From NCBI RefSeq assembly GCF_030144855.1, contig NC_082731.1, forward strand, positions 20,708,001 to 20,772,000: 64,000 bases of DNA, given 5' to 3'. Under the pieces are notes generated by a model that was given only the letters and a program-made list of their open reading frames with translations, was not told the DNA's origin and did no database searches. The stretch comes from Hypanus sabinus. Its lineage: Eukaryota. Shown piece by piece: positions 1 to 11,532 of the stretch. The position numbers and the translations under genes were made by a program. How positions within the stretch are numbered: the first letter of the stretch is position 1; the number at the start of each line of letters is the position of its first letter.

Positions 1-992
1 ACTGGAGCCTTGTCTCAACACGGCTTACCTCGCCTTGCCTCGCGTGGAGCCTTGCCTTCATCGCTGTCAATTTCTACCACCGGAATAAGATAAGGAACTG
101 TCTTTTGTTGTCTTGAACTGTCTCTGAGTCCAAGCCTTTGCTAGGTAGTTCTGGCCGTTTGCCGCTGCCCAGTGTTGGTAACTTTCTTTGTGTACTCGCC
201 TTCACTAGATAGGTCCGGCCGTCTGCCGCTATCATGAGTTTGGAAAAGTCTCGTCGTATTCTGCATTCTGTGTAATGAGTCCCGGCCCTACGTCCTGTTC
301 CCAAGGACGGGTCCCGGCTCTGTGTAAAACCCAGGCCCTATGTCCTGTTCCTAAGGATGGGTCCTGCTCTGTGTTCTGTGTTCCAGTGCTCCAGTCCAAG
401 GCTCAGTGTTCCTGTACTCGTCCAAGGCTCTGTGGTGTTTTCATCCCGTGTCCAAGGCTCCGAGGAGGTTCCAGCCCTTGTCCAATGATCAGAGGAGGTT
501 CCAGTCCGTGTCCAAGTACAAGCCGTAGCCTGGGACTTGAGTCCTGGTCTCGTCCCCGCTTCCCTCGACCTAGGCTCTGCGTTCGTGCTCTCCCTCGATC
601 AAGACCGTCTGAGCTTCATGTCCCCGTCCAGCCCTGTAGTCTTTGTGCTGCCGCCACTTCCAGTTCTGTTTCCTTGCCACGCCCAGTGCTCGCCTGGACC
701 CGGAGTCCGAGCCCGAGACAAGACATTGTTTCCGAGTCCCTGTTCAGTGTCTGGCTCGGTGTTCTTACCCAGGTTCGAGTTCGTAGTTCCCAATGCCCAT
801 TTCCTCGTCTAGGTTCCACTTTCCTACTCTACCCCTGACCCATTTTCCTGTCTCTTGGTCTTGCCCAGAGCATATGTCCAGCGTCGTTTCTTCCCCACTT
901 CCGTTGCTTCCTTCTCACGCCTAGTCCTGTTCCTGGTAGTTGAGTATCTGTGTCTTGCATTTGGGTCCGCTGCCAACGACTGCTTTATGACA
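1..992 (+). mobile_element. LTR-like element (probably a solo LTR), 5' end outside the window
   Basis: Degenerate short internal repeats (CCAAGGCTC, GAGTCC). Ends ...GTCTGTGTCTTGCATTTGGGTCCGCTGCCAACGACTGCTTTATGACA, similar to the ends of 5771-6556 (-) and 19559-20740. The overlapping Pro/Arg/Ser-rich ORFs are repeat artefacts. Confidence 0.6.
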
Positions 993-1399
993 GTTGGTCG
1001 AACTGAAACACGGTTCCTGGAGGTATCAGTATGCAGTCTTTATCACGGGGCCATATCGAAAATACTCCGAAAATGTCCATCGCCCCGTTTACCCCGAACC
1101 TCATACCGTATGCTTTAAATACTGACAACATTGATTCTTGCGTCACTCCGTTTACACACAGAGACTGATCAAGCTAGATTAGGTTACGTTAGGTAGTGAT
1201 TTATCTACAGGGATACAGTGAAAATACACTCTTGCATATCCTTAAAAGGATCAAATCATTGCATTGGGATTTGAGGTTGCATAAGCTGAGTCAACAACGG
1301 ATTTAGCAATACTGTTAAGCAACTGGAAAGAAGGTGTTGTGCAAGTTGACAAGATGGTGGAAGGTCATATTGATTTAGTTGGTGTTCAAGTGTTCAACT

Positions 1400-1650
1400 T
1401 CTTTTCCAGGGGATTTGTGCAGTTGTCTTTTATTAGCATTCTCGCGGGTTACCCTGATGCTTTTATAACTGTTGCCCAATCGCAGGGGAGAATGAACAAA
1501 TTTCCGGAAAGGTAGGATTTTGATCATGCTGGGTGCTTAGCTGATTCAGCAGGAGTGCAGATAAAATTCTCGTTCTATCAGTGATAAGCTCATAATAACT
1601 ATAGACAGTGATGTCTATAACTCTTCGCAATTTACTGCAGTCACGTGCAG
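1400..1650 (+). pseudogene. Heavily decayed TCR V-like relic of a divergent family (H)
   Basis: TTTTCCAG acceptor-like site near 1405. The FR3-like stretch reads FSRSADKILVLSVISS**L-DSDVYNS, compared with the canonical ISSLQLxDSAVYYC. No recognisable RSS. Confidence 0.3.
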
Positions 1651-3023
1651 AACATTTGCCATTCCCGAACATGACATATCTGGAAATAATGGTTTCTATA
1701 GGGTTCATCAAAGAAATAGACCGGGTCGATGGGAGCATGATAATTCTATTTTGCTAACTGAAGACTTAATGGCGTATTCGATCTTTCTTGGCCATGGCGT
1801 CCAAACGCTGAACCTGGAAAGGTAATTGTTGATGCTCGCTCTCCCCCTCACTATTGAAATCAATACCAGTTCATTTATTTTGCTGACACTGAGGAGACTG
1901 TTGTCATAGCAACATATCTGACTCTTTTCCGTACCCAACCTGCAGTTCATTGATGTTTCGCTGTTTCCCACTGCTTTGAGAAATGAAGAAAGATTGTTCA
2001 ATGAAACACTGCCAAGGATCTTTCTTCGGACTCTTCCTTGTACCTTTCTGCCACGAAACACGCACCGTTGAAGGGTGTTAATGGATACGGAAAATATAGC
2101 CGCTAATTGATGTAAGGAGCGCTGAATAGAGAACGAGTTTTACATAGAAAGAAGAATGGAAGCTAAAATTAACGTGGTTCAGCTGGTTCGCCTTAATCTG
2201 GCAGTACTCAGGAACACAGGTTTCCACGCTTGAATTCAGATTGTAGGTACAATTAGGAACTTAAAAGATTTTCGAGGCAGGTCCTATCCATTTCCACCTG
2301 TTTTCTATAACAGTCTATCACGACTTTGAACACACCGCAAGATTTCCTTACATACAAGGGATTTGCATAATGAGAACGGAGCCATAATATATGAGGCAGA
2401 AGACAAACACAGAAAATAAAGTTTCTGTTGAATCGATTGCAACGGATAGGGGTTTGTCTCACTTTTGGAAATAATATTAGGGAATAAATATTTGGTGTGC
2501 CATGGACAAGGAATATCGAAAGGGATGCTGGTAGATTAACAGGTATTCAGTCAATAATTTATATGGCGAATTATAGATAACAGGACCAGCGCGAATTCAT
2601 AATTTTGCATAAGACTTAGTAATATCTTGGTTAGCATGGTGTGACGTGGTGTGAGAATAGATAGAGCAGGGACAGAATAGCAAACAAAGCGAGAGAGAGA
2701 GAGAGTTCGTATACAGAAGAAAACAAGCAGATAAATAGAAGATCGTTCGGAAGGAGAGCGAAAGAGAGAGAGAAGATACGGAGAGAGAGGGAAAGAGAGA
2801 TGGCGTGGAGAAAGAGAGCAGTTGGCGGGAGGGAGGAGGTGAGAAAGATTTATAGTGTGGTAAAATGGCAGGCGGGGGAATTCAGCGAAATTGGATTCTG
2901 TTTCGTTTTGTAGAATACTGTGAAGTCTACTTTTAATACGACTTTACTCTCCAATGTCTGTCATGGTCGTAAGTTCCTGGAAATTATCTACCGTCCTATC
3001 GAGGCTGAAGCCAGAAATATCTG

Positions 3024-3770
3024 TTGTCATTGTTTCTTATTGATTACATTTGCCATCCTGTGAGAAACTGTATATATGATCAAGTAGATACGAGAAACGT
3101 GAGCTCAGTGCAAGTCAGGGATATTACTGCATTCTGTCCTTTAATTCAGAACGAGGAGGAAATTTTAGGGGATTATAGGAATCATAGAGATGTGGCTTGC
3201 GTTAATTGATCCCCCTCTCTCTCTCTCTCTCTCTCTCCCTATGTTCCTATGGGTGACGTTGCTGCCGATTACCAGTCGAGGATATTGCAAATTTGAAGAA
3301 TGCTTGACACTAACATCGAAAGAACGACTGCTGTCTCCTCTATCGCTTTCGAACAAGACATAACTCCCTTGTTAATGGGAGAGAAAGCATGTCTGTGGAA
3401 CGAAGAAATGTTGCAGTAAGGAGCTTTCTTTTTTCTTGTACAGTAGGCCAAGCCTCTGCGGTCACTTCGACCGTGGTCCAAGGTTCACGGCTGACGGAAG
3501 TCACGTCATCACTCTGAATGCAATTACATACAAACTAATGCTAACATTTTTGATATATTCCGTATCGTGGAAAGTCTCGAAAAATTACTGCTGAAGTTAT
3601 ATAGCTCAGGAAAGCTGGAGCGGCCTCCAAAATGTTCGGCGAAGGTTATAGCTGATATGCACAACGGCAGAGTCAGCTATTTAAAAATCTCTGAAGTGCT
3701 TGTGCCAGACTCTGGCGTATACCACTGAGCAATGGACACTTCAGTACTGCAGGGAGACAACCATGATGCC
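3024..3770 (+). pseudogene. TCR V pseudogene, family C, with a ~300 bp (CT)n-containing insert
   Basis: Leader relic and intron ending TTAATTCAG. The V body reads ..KLYSSGKLERPPKCSAKV..YLKISEVLVPDSGVYH*AM, with the Cys104 codon changed to TGA, plus frameshifts. TCACTAGAGGGCGC at 3778-3791. Confidence 0.8.
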
Positions 3771-3973
3771 TGCGTGATCACTAGAGGGCGCTTCTGCTGG
3801 GAAACCGGTACAGCTGGACGGAAAAAGCATGAGGATCAAATGATCAACTTTAAAGGCTGTATTCAGCAGAAAAATGTGCAAAACATTTCCTGAGTTCCGG
3901 TTGATCTAAGTATCCTAAGTATTTTGTGGCAATAATTCCAATATCACCGACTGGTAATTGGCAGCGAAGTCTC

Positions 3974-4220
3974 NNNNNNNNNNNNNNNNNNNNNNNNNNN
4001 NNNNNNNNNNNNNNNNNNNNNNNNNNNNNNNNNNNNNNNNNNNNNNNNNNNNNNNNNNNNNNNNNNNNNNNNNNNNNNNNNNNNNNNNNNNNNNNNNNNN
4101 NNNNNNNNNNNNNNNNNNNNNNNNNNNNNNNNNNNNNNNNNNNNNNNNNNNNNNNNNNNNNNNNNNNNNNNNNNNNNNNNNNNNNNNNNNNNNNNNNNNN
4201 NNNNNNNNNNNNNNNNNNNN
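3974..4220. other. Assembly gap
   Basis: Run of N. Confidence 1.
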
Positions 4221-4232
4221 TGTAGAAGAAAA

Positions 4233-4470
4233 GTGCCGATAGGAAATGAGGGAGATTCACCCACCCACCAACACTCAGCCCATAACCCGCCCCATTCCTT
4301 TCTTGTCCATATACCTATCAATTTTTTAATTGCCAAAATTGCACCGACCTCTACCACTTTCACTGGAAGCTCGTTCCACACATTTCCCCCTCGTGTTACC
4401 CCTAAATTTTTACCCCTTAAATCTCAACTCATGTCCTCTTGTTCTAATCTCCCCTACTCACAATGGAAAA
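4233..4470 (-). mobile_element. CR1-type LINE 3' fragment
   Basis: Minus strand encodes WNELPVKVVEVGAIL, similar to the CR1 ORF2 C-terminus (WNALPQKAVEA at 61599-62102). Confidence 0.65.
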
Positions 4471-4697
4471 AAAAATCTTAGCTGCTGATACCCAGGCAAC
4501 ATTCCAGGAAAAAGCGAACAAAAAAGGTGATTCATTGTAACACATGAAGTTTTAATTAAAATAGAACGAAGAAAGGGAAGGTAAGATTGACAAATACAAT
4601 ATAGTTAGAGTGAACAAACTACCATCAACACAGAGAACAAAAGAATTGTCCAAACTGTAGGATCGCATTTGATAATGCAATTCTGAAAAAAGGTTTA

Positions 4698-4897
4698 NNN
4701 NNNNNNNNNNNNNNNNNNNNNNNNNNNNNNNNNNNNNNNNNNNNNNNNNNNNNNNNNNNNNNNNNNNNNNNNNNNNNNNNNNNNNNNNNNNNNNNNNNNN
4801 NNNNNNNNNNNNNNNNNNNNNNNNNNNNNNNNNNNNNNNNNNNNNNNNNNNNNNNNNNNNNNNNNNNNNNNNNNNNNNNNNNNNNNNNNNNNNNNNN
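4698..4897. other. Assembly gap
   Basis: Run of N. Confidence 1.
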
Positions 4898-5055
4898 AAC
4901 TCAATGTCCGTAGTGAGAACGAGAGAGAGAAATAGCACAAACGCGGAGTCAGCTCATTTAAGTATCTCTGGAATTCCTGTCCCAGACTCTGGTGTATACC
5001 TCTGTACAAAGGACTCCCTAATGTTGCAGGGAAGAAGCAAGTCTTTACAAATTCC
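4898..5055 (+). pseudogene. 3' part of a family-C TCR V segment with a decayed 23-RSS
   Basis: AHLSISGIPVPDSGVYLCTK, then CCTAATG (5017-5023), 23 nt, and ACAAATTCC (5047-5055). The 5' part is in the gap. Confidence 0.75.
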
Positions 5056-5416
5056 TACTTTGCGTGATCACGAGAGAGCTCTTTGTGCCGAGGAACTGGA
5101 ACAGCTTTATGCAGAAATCGTGAAGAACAGGTGGTCAATTTGAAATGTTGCATTCAGCATGATCGCCCGATGACGAAAGGCAAGTCACCTGAATGACCGT
5201 GAGTGAATAATAAATAAACAGAGAGTATTATTTCCATTCACGTCGGTGGTTTAGTAGGCTCAGCTCTGAATTCCATGGTTCAACTCCCAGTTAGCAGAGC
5301 AAATTACGTAGGGTTTCCACGAAGTGGAGGGTGTAGTGTATCTGAGATCATTCTCGCAAATCTGTGGCATTAGCTTCCTGTTATCTGGCTTACGACCGCG
5401 TGTGAAAGCAGACATC

Positions 5417-5700
5417 ATGTGCGTCCTTGATCCTTACTGATTATATCGCCTACACTGCCTGGCGAAACTTTTCACATATAGTCAGTGGGTAACTCGCATG
5501 TGCCATGAGAGCCCCTGATGTTCAGTCATTTTGTCCTTACTCTGCAGAACCGTGTGGGAAAGATCTAGCTCTCGGCATCGACAATTAAAGGAAGACGAAT
5601 CGTGATGTTGAAGTTCAGTTACACATCGCATACCTGTATATTCCATCCGTCATTTAAGTGTCTGCGAGCAAGGACCTTACTTTCTGTAAAGAAGGAAGAT
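5417..5700 (+). pseudogene. Truncated TCR V relic, family E
   Basis: ATG at 5417 with a disrupted leader (..TTACTGATT..CTGCCTG|GCG), an acceptor CTCTGCAG, and an FR1-like stretch GRRIVMLKFSYT. The 3' half of the V is absent. Paralogous to five other copies. Confidence 0.6.
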
Positions 5701-5770
5701 GAGGGATAACTTAATAAGTGTGCATACTATGTCAAGTGGCACAGATAGAGAGAACAATCAGCGCTTTTAC

Positions 5771-6556
5771 TTTCATAATGTGGGCGTTGAGATCGGACCC
5801 AAATGTAAGACACAGACACTGAAGTACTTGCGAAAGGACTAGGTGTATCAAGAAAGCAAGGGAAATGGGTAAGAAATGACGCTGGACAAAACACAGGCCC
5901 TGGACGTGACTAGGATACAGTGCCTGGGCTAGGACTAGATTTTGAAAGCGGGATCTGGACGAGGAACTAGGAATTGAGAACAAGGAACTTGGAACTTGGA
6001 CAAGGATTCCAAGCTGGAGACTGGCCGTGGGTGCAGGACGCGGGGCTACAGGGGCTGGATGAGGACATGAAGCTCAGCCTTGGTGTTGGGAGACGGACGA
6101 ACAGGAACGCAGAGCCTTAGTCGAGGGAGGGCTGTAACGCAGAACCTTGGGCGACTGAGAAAAGGAACGCAGATTCTTGGGAGAAGGAGTGCAGGAACAC
6201 ATAGCCTTGGGAGGACCGAGACCAGGAACACAGAGCCTTTGAAGACGGAGAACTCTGGCCTTGCTCCGGCGGTAGGATATGACAACGAGAATAGGCGAGG
6301 ACGCAGGCGAGGCTCCAGGCGAACGGTAGCAGGCGAGGCTCCAGGTAAAAGGTAGATGGAGAGGCTCCAGGCGAATGATAGCAGGGCGAGGGTCCAAGCG
6401 AGGGACCCAGGGCAACTTATATTCCCCGGCCCAAATGAGCAGTATTTGCCTATCATTAAGCCCAACTGAAACAAGGGACAGACGGAAGACCCAGAGTCCG
6501 GAGTCAACGGAGCGGACAGGGATCCGAAAGCGACAACCCCGGACCCAACAATGACA
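5771..6556 (-). mobile_element. Solo LTR
   Basis: Minus strand begins TGTCATTG and ends TATGAAA (a TGACA variant). Flanks TTTAC and TTGAT look like a decayed 5-bp TSD; the paralogous empty site near 34871 reads GCGCTTTGACCGAAGG. Confidence 0.7.
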
Positions 6557-6955
6557 TTGATCTAAGGGTGGAAATGGCACATGCGAGATTACGATATTTA
6601 TTTGCGATTGGAAGTAATGGCAATGTGAGTATTTGCTCCCTACACAGGGTGTGTTTTCTGGAGTCTATTAGAGTGGATAGCAGACTGGCTCCCCAACAGG
6701 AAACAAGGATTAAGGAATAACTAGATGTACACTAGCTGACATTGAAGAATTAGTTGAATGCAGAAGATTGAAAAATGTTGGCCAAATGGACTATTGTGGG
6801 ATATATCACGAAATAACTAACTAACTAAACAAACAAACTACGAAATGAACTACTTCCAGTGGGATACTGCCGATGTCGAAAAAGCGACCATGTGAAATAT
6901 TCTTGATGTGTTTTGATTACTCATTGATACGTTTTGAATATTTTCTGATTATGCA

Positions 6956-7154
6956 NNNNNNNNNNNNNNNNNNNNNNNNNNNNNNNNNNNNNNNNNNNNN
7001 NNNNNNNNNNNNNNNNNNNNNNNNNNNNNNNNNNNNNNNNNNNNNNNNNNNNNNNNNNNNNNNNNNNNNNNNNNNNNNNNNNNNNNNNNNNNNNNNNNNN
7101 NNNNNNNNNNNNNNNNNNNNNNNNNNNNNNNNNNNNNNNNNNNNNNNNNNNNNN
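6956..7154. other. Assembly gap
   Basis: Run of N, at the position where paralogues carry a (GA)n tract. Confidence 1.
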
Positions 7155-7373
7155 GAGTGGAGAAACAGGCAGACGTCTGAAAAAAAAGATTCTGATTGGT
7201 GCTCAGAAAGTCTCGGTTCATTGTGTCAGCCAAACATTTAACCGGAAAAACGCCCCTGCTCGTAAATAAGGTAAAAACTATCGCTGAAAAAGACCTCACA
7301 CCACAATAGCTATTGAGTGGTTGGTACGTCCTGGAAGAAATCTCCCGTTCGATTCAGCCAGAAAGTAGACATC

Positions 7374-7806
7374 ATGGTTTCCCTCTGTATATTAGTAATT
7401 GCATTGACTGTGTTTACCGGTGAGTGTCTGCGAAGGTGGCCAGTGAACTTCCGCGGCGTTCAGTGAAAGCCCTGTTGTTGATGAATTCTGTCCTTTATTG
7501 CTGGAGCGAGTGGAAAAGATTCAGTGACGCAGGATCCTCCCGACTTAACGGCCAGAGAAGGACAGAACATAACATTGAACTGCAATTTTACTTACGATAG
7601 TACATATATCTTTTGGTACATTCAACATCGTATGGACCTCCAAATTATTTGCTGAAGGTAACTAGCACTGGAGGAACGCATCGGCATCCAGGGTTGCTCC
7701 ATTGAGGTTTACCGCTAGTATGCAGAGGAGTCAGCCAGACGGCTCAATTGAATATCAGTGAAGTTCTTGTGTCGGACTCTGGCATGTATCTCTGTGCAAT
7801 AAGTCC
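7374..7806 (+). pseudogene. TCR alpha/delta-type V pseudogene, family A (copy A1)
   Basis: Leader MVSLCILVIALTVFTG (7374-7419) with a GT donor. The acceptor is mutated CAG>CTG (7501-7503). A 1-nt deletion near 7630 gives TGA in FR2. Ends DSGMYLCAIS. Confidence 0.93.
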
Positions 7807-7878
7807 CACAGTGCTGTATGGAGTCGACGGCTCCGGACAAAAACTGATCATGTGTAAAGACCTCTCACAGGAGGGCGC
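7807..7878 (+). promoter_or_regulatory. 23-RSS plus downstream CTCF-like motif (A1)
   Basis: CACAGTG 7807-7813, 23-nt spacer, ACAAAAACT 7837-7845; TCACAGGAGGGCGC 7865-7878. Confidence 0.85.
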
Positions 7879-8205
7879 CTTTTCGCGGAGAATCTGGAAT
7901 GGGTGTACCCAGAAATCATGCATGGTCACGTGCCGTGCTTAGGATCGTTGTAAGGAGCAACACAAGGCGCTGAACATAAAGGAACAGTTTCTGATTACAA
8001 CGCGGAAGCGAACTGGAAATTTTCAATTCATTTCCTGAAGAAAATTCGCTCATGTTCTTTTGCTGTAAGGGTATAAAACGATGGACATCATTGACTTAAA
8101 TTGTCTTTGGCCACTTTATTCGTTTGTCTGCAAGTGAAATTAAGAAGGACGGAGTGGAAACTCGATACATTTGAAGTGGTGGATGGCAGACCAAAGGAAA
8201 ACAGA

Positions 8206-8790
8206 GGGTGCCCCTGGTGGCCACGCGTTTTAACTCCACGTCCCATTCCAATTCAACATGCCCATCCATGGCCTCCTCGACAGTTGAGATGAAGCCACAC
8301 TCAGTTTGGAGGAACAGCTCCTTATTTTCGGTCTGAGTTGCTTCCAACATTGAATTTTCTAACTTCCGTTGATGCCTCTGCTGCTCTTCTTACTCCATCC
8401 CTAATTTATTAATTTATTCATTCATTTATTACTTTTCTCCCTCTTTGCCTCTCACAATAACTCCTCATTTGTTCTCCATATTCCTCTGGTGCTCTCCTCC
8501 CCCTTTCTTTCTTCCAAGGCCTTCCATCCCATGATACTTCCCCTTCTTCAGCCTTTTTTCCTTTTTGCCAATCAAACCCTCAGCTCTTGGTTTCATCCCA
8601 CTTCCTCCTGCCTTCTCCTATCATTTCAGATATCCCCCTCCCCCCCCCACTTTCAAATCTCTTTATATTTCTTTTTTCCGTTAGTCCAGACGAAGGGTCT
8701 CGTCCCGAAACGTCTACTGTACATTTTCCTATAGATGCCGACTTGTCTGCTGCGTTCCGCCAACATTTTCTGTATGTTGCTTTCGTGTTT
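8206..8790 (+). mobile_element. Penelope-like element 3' fragment with a hammerhead-like motif
   Basis: Paralogous to 45176-45825, which encodes a GIY-YIG-type C-terminus. Motif AGTC-CAGACGA-AGGGTCTCGTCCC-GAAAC-GTC-TACT at 8683-8718. Confidence 0.75.
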
Positions 8791-9329
8791 GTGTGACAAA
8801 ATTTGTGCTTTACAGAATGACATAGATTTGCACATGGCATATTATTGAAACCCATAAATTTGCAACCGACTGCAATTAAGGAAGATGCAACAGCTACTTA
8901 TGATTTATACTGAGTATTCAGATAATCCGACAGAACTTGTGGATGTTTAGAGTGTTAGAGAATGCAGATGCTATGTTCGTCGGTCTATTCCCGAGCTGTG
9001 CGAAAGAGCCTCAGTGTTGAACGTAACTTCATGGTTAAAATACATACAGTACCGCAGTCTAGCCGGAGATTTATATGTTGAAGGCATTTTCAGTATATAG
9101 GGGCGAGGAAGTACAAACAACAGTGCTAACTGCTTATCGCGTTAGTACAAAGTAAAACAATAAAAGAATGCAACAATAAAGTTTAACTGACGTATAAAAT
9201 GCTACGTAGCCAGAAAATAAAGAACAAGGTCATACTGACGTGGATTGGGATTGAGATTCAATTTCATTCCACAGTTCAAGATTCTTAGAATCGGTTAAAA
9301 TATTGGAACGTGCTTTTAGACTTCTGCGT

Positions 9330-9506
9330 TTTCCCTCAGGTGGAAGAGAGAACGAACGATTGCTGTCCAAGGAACAGAAATTGATTACATTTACATCCAA
9401 AGATATATTTCGACTTTCTGAAACTCTCACTTTAATGATAAGCTACCGTTTTGAAAAATCGCATTGCCACACTGTTTCATCTGAAATGGTGGAGTAGACG
9501 ATATGA
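9330..9506 (+). pseudogene. Cryptic V 3'-end relic with RSS remnant, family F
   Basis: FRLSETL.. resembles QLNISEAL... CACACTG at 9468-9474 is followed after exactly 23 nt by ACGATATGA. The same spacing recurs in four paralogues. Confidence 0.4.
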
Positions 9507-9834
9507 AACAAATGGGCTAATTCTAAACTTCTATCTTATGGGCTAATGTTTAACAGATTTAACACTGCAATTTTCGCAAATTCCTCTTAACCCGTACCTT
9601 AGTGAACCTTCGATCAGGAGGACGGGCTACCCAGAGCACCTTTTCGGATCGTTGAAGAAATGATAACATCAGAAACATGGAGACTGAGCACACAAGTATC
9701 TGTTGATAGAATTGAATGTCAGATTGTTGCTGTGAAGGATTTCGGTTCTTTATATCAGCGAATATCACAATATCTGTTGAGTGATAATTACGTCACGGAA
9801 GGAATCTGCCTTTGGATCCAGACAGAAACCAGAC

Positions 9835-10265
9835 TCTTTGCTTTTACTCTGTTCCTGACGGATTTCATTGACTGTGCTGCCTGGTGAGTCTCTACGAAGT
9901 TGGCCCGCGAATTTCCCATGCGTTCAATACAAGACAGCGATGTTTACTTACCGTGTCCTTTTTGACAGGAACGCAAGGGGAAGATTCAGTAAGGTAGGAC
10001 CATCCCGACGTGACGGCTGAGAAAAGACAGACCATAACACTGAAATGTAATTACACTTAAGCTGATGCAAATATATTTTCGTACATTCAACATTGTGGAG
10101 AATATCCAGATTGTTTGCTGTAGTTATATAACATAGCATTAATGGAGAGGTATCAAGATCGCCCAGTGGGATTTACCGGTAGTTGCAATAGGAGAAATAT
10201 ACGGCTTAATTACATTTCCATGAATCCTTTGTTTCGAATACTGCCACGTATCTGTATCTGTATAG
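9835..10265 (+). pseudogene. TCR V pseudogene, family B (B1)
   Basis: Leader relic without ATG ending CTGCCTG|GTGAG, acceptor TTTTGACAG, and TITLKCNYT*..YIQHCG with stops. The heptamer and most of the spacer are missing. TCACTGGAGGGCGC at 10295-10308. Confidence 0.8.
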
Positions 10266-11314
10266 ATCTGGTTCTGTACAATGCCAAGAAGCTCTCACTG
10301 GAGGGCGCTTTTTTTTCCGGGAAACCGGAAGGGGCGCACCTGGAATTCAGCCATGGTCACGTGCCCTGCTTAAGAGCGGTGAAATCAGCAGGTGAAGGTG
10401 CCGAATCTAAAGGAGCAGTTCCTGATTACACTGCCAACTAAAATGGAATTTTACAAAGCATTTCCGGCGAACTGCAATGTTTTTTCATCCAACTTCTTTT
10501 GCTTCAATTGCATACTATGATTGAGAACACTGCCTGGCCTTGTCTTCAGCCACTTTCTTATAGTGTCTGCAGCGAGAAATAATGTGAATGGATCGGAAGT
10601 ATGATATATTTAAACTGGACAATTGCTGACAAAAGGAAGGCACAGGTGGGTAAAATGGTGGTCTTCGGATTGACAAAGATTTGCAACCGGCATGCTACTC
10701 ATGTTAAGGATGTTGCAACAGCTGCATTGATTTATACTGAATATTTAGACAGTGCGACTTTAGCGTGATAACGTAAGAGTTCAAAGTCCAATGTAAATTT
10801 ATGATAAAAGTACATATCTTTGATCGTATACTACTCTTATATTTACATTGTGAAGCCATTTTCAGTACAAGGCAGAGCGAGAGAGGGACAGATAGAATGG
10901 AATAACATCAGAGTGATAGCTTGTATAATCTAGTTTCCCAAACAGATTTCAAAGATCTGTTGTTTTTTACCACATTGGTCATTTTGTTAGATATGTTTGT
11001 TTATTCTTGTCGGATAATTGCATTGACTGGGATTTAACAGATGAATTCATTAAACAGCTTACCGAGGTAGTACAAAGTGAAAACCTAAAAAAAATTAAAA
11101 AATATACCTTCACATATACTTTAAAGTGCATTGTGGGAGAGTAACGGAAGGAGTCGAAAAGGAGGATGACGGAGAGATGTGGAGGCAAAAATGATGGACT
11201 GAGACAAAGAGTAGAGAGAAATCAGACAGTGAGGGAGAAAGAAAAGTCAGAGCAAAAAGACAGGATACGATGAAGAAGTGTGGTGGAAGGAATGAGTGGG
11301 GAGAGCGAGTGGAA

Positions 11315-11318
<4 letters not shown>

Positions 11319-11380
<62 letters not shown>
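11319..11380. repeat. (GA)n microsatellite
   Basis: Direct reading. Confidence 0.95.
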
Positions 11381-11383
<3 letters not shown>

Positions 11384-11532
11384 AAATCGTAGGGGTAAAG
11401 CAAGGGAGTGAGAAAGTAGACGGAGATCATGAGTGAAAGACAGATAAGTAGATGGAGAGAGAGCGAGTATAGGGAGAGGGGAAGTGGGGCAGAGAGAGAT
11501 TTATAGTGTGGGAGAAGGTTTAAATGGGGATT

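Noticed and set aside
275-838. Long Pro/Ser/Arg-rich ORFs (also 6046-6580 and 20081-20568)
   Set aside because: They lie in LTR internal repeats, are open in several frames on both strands, and show no domain signature.
3850-4938. ORFs containing X runs (also near 6873-7299, 35264-35886, 37323-37929)
   Set aside because: They are read-through of N gaps.
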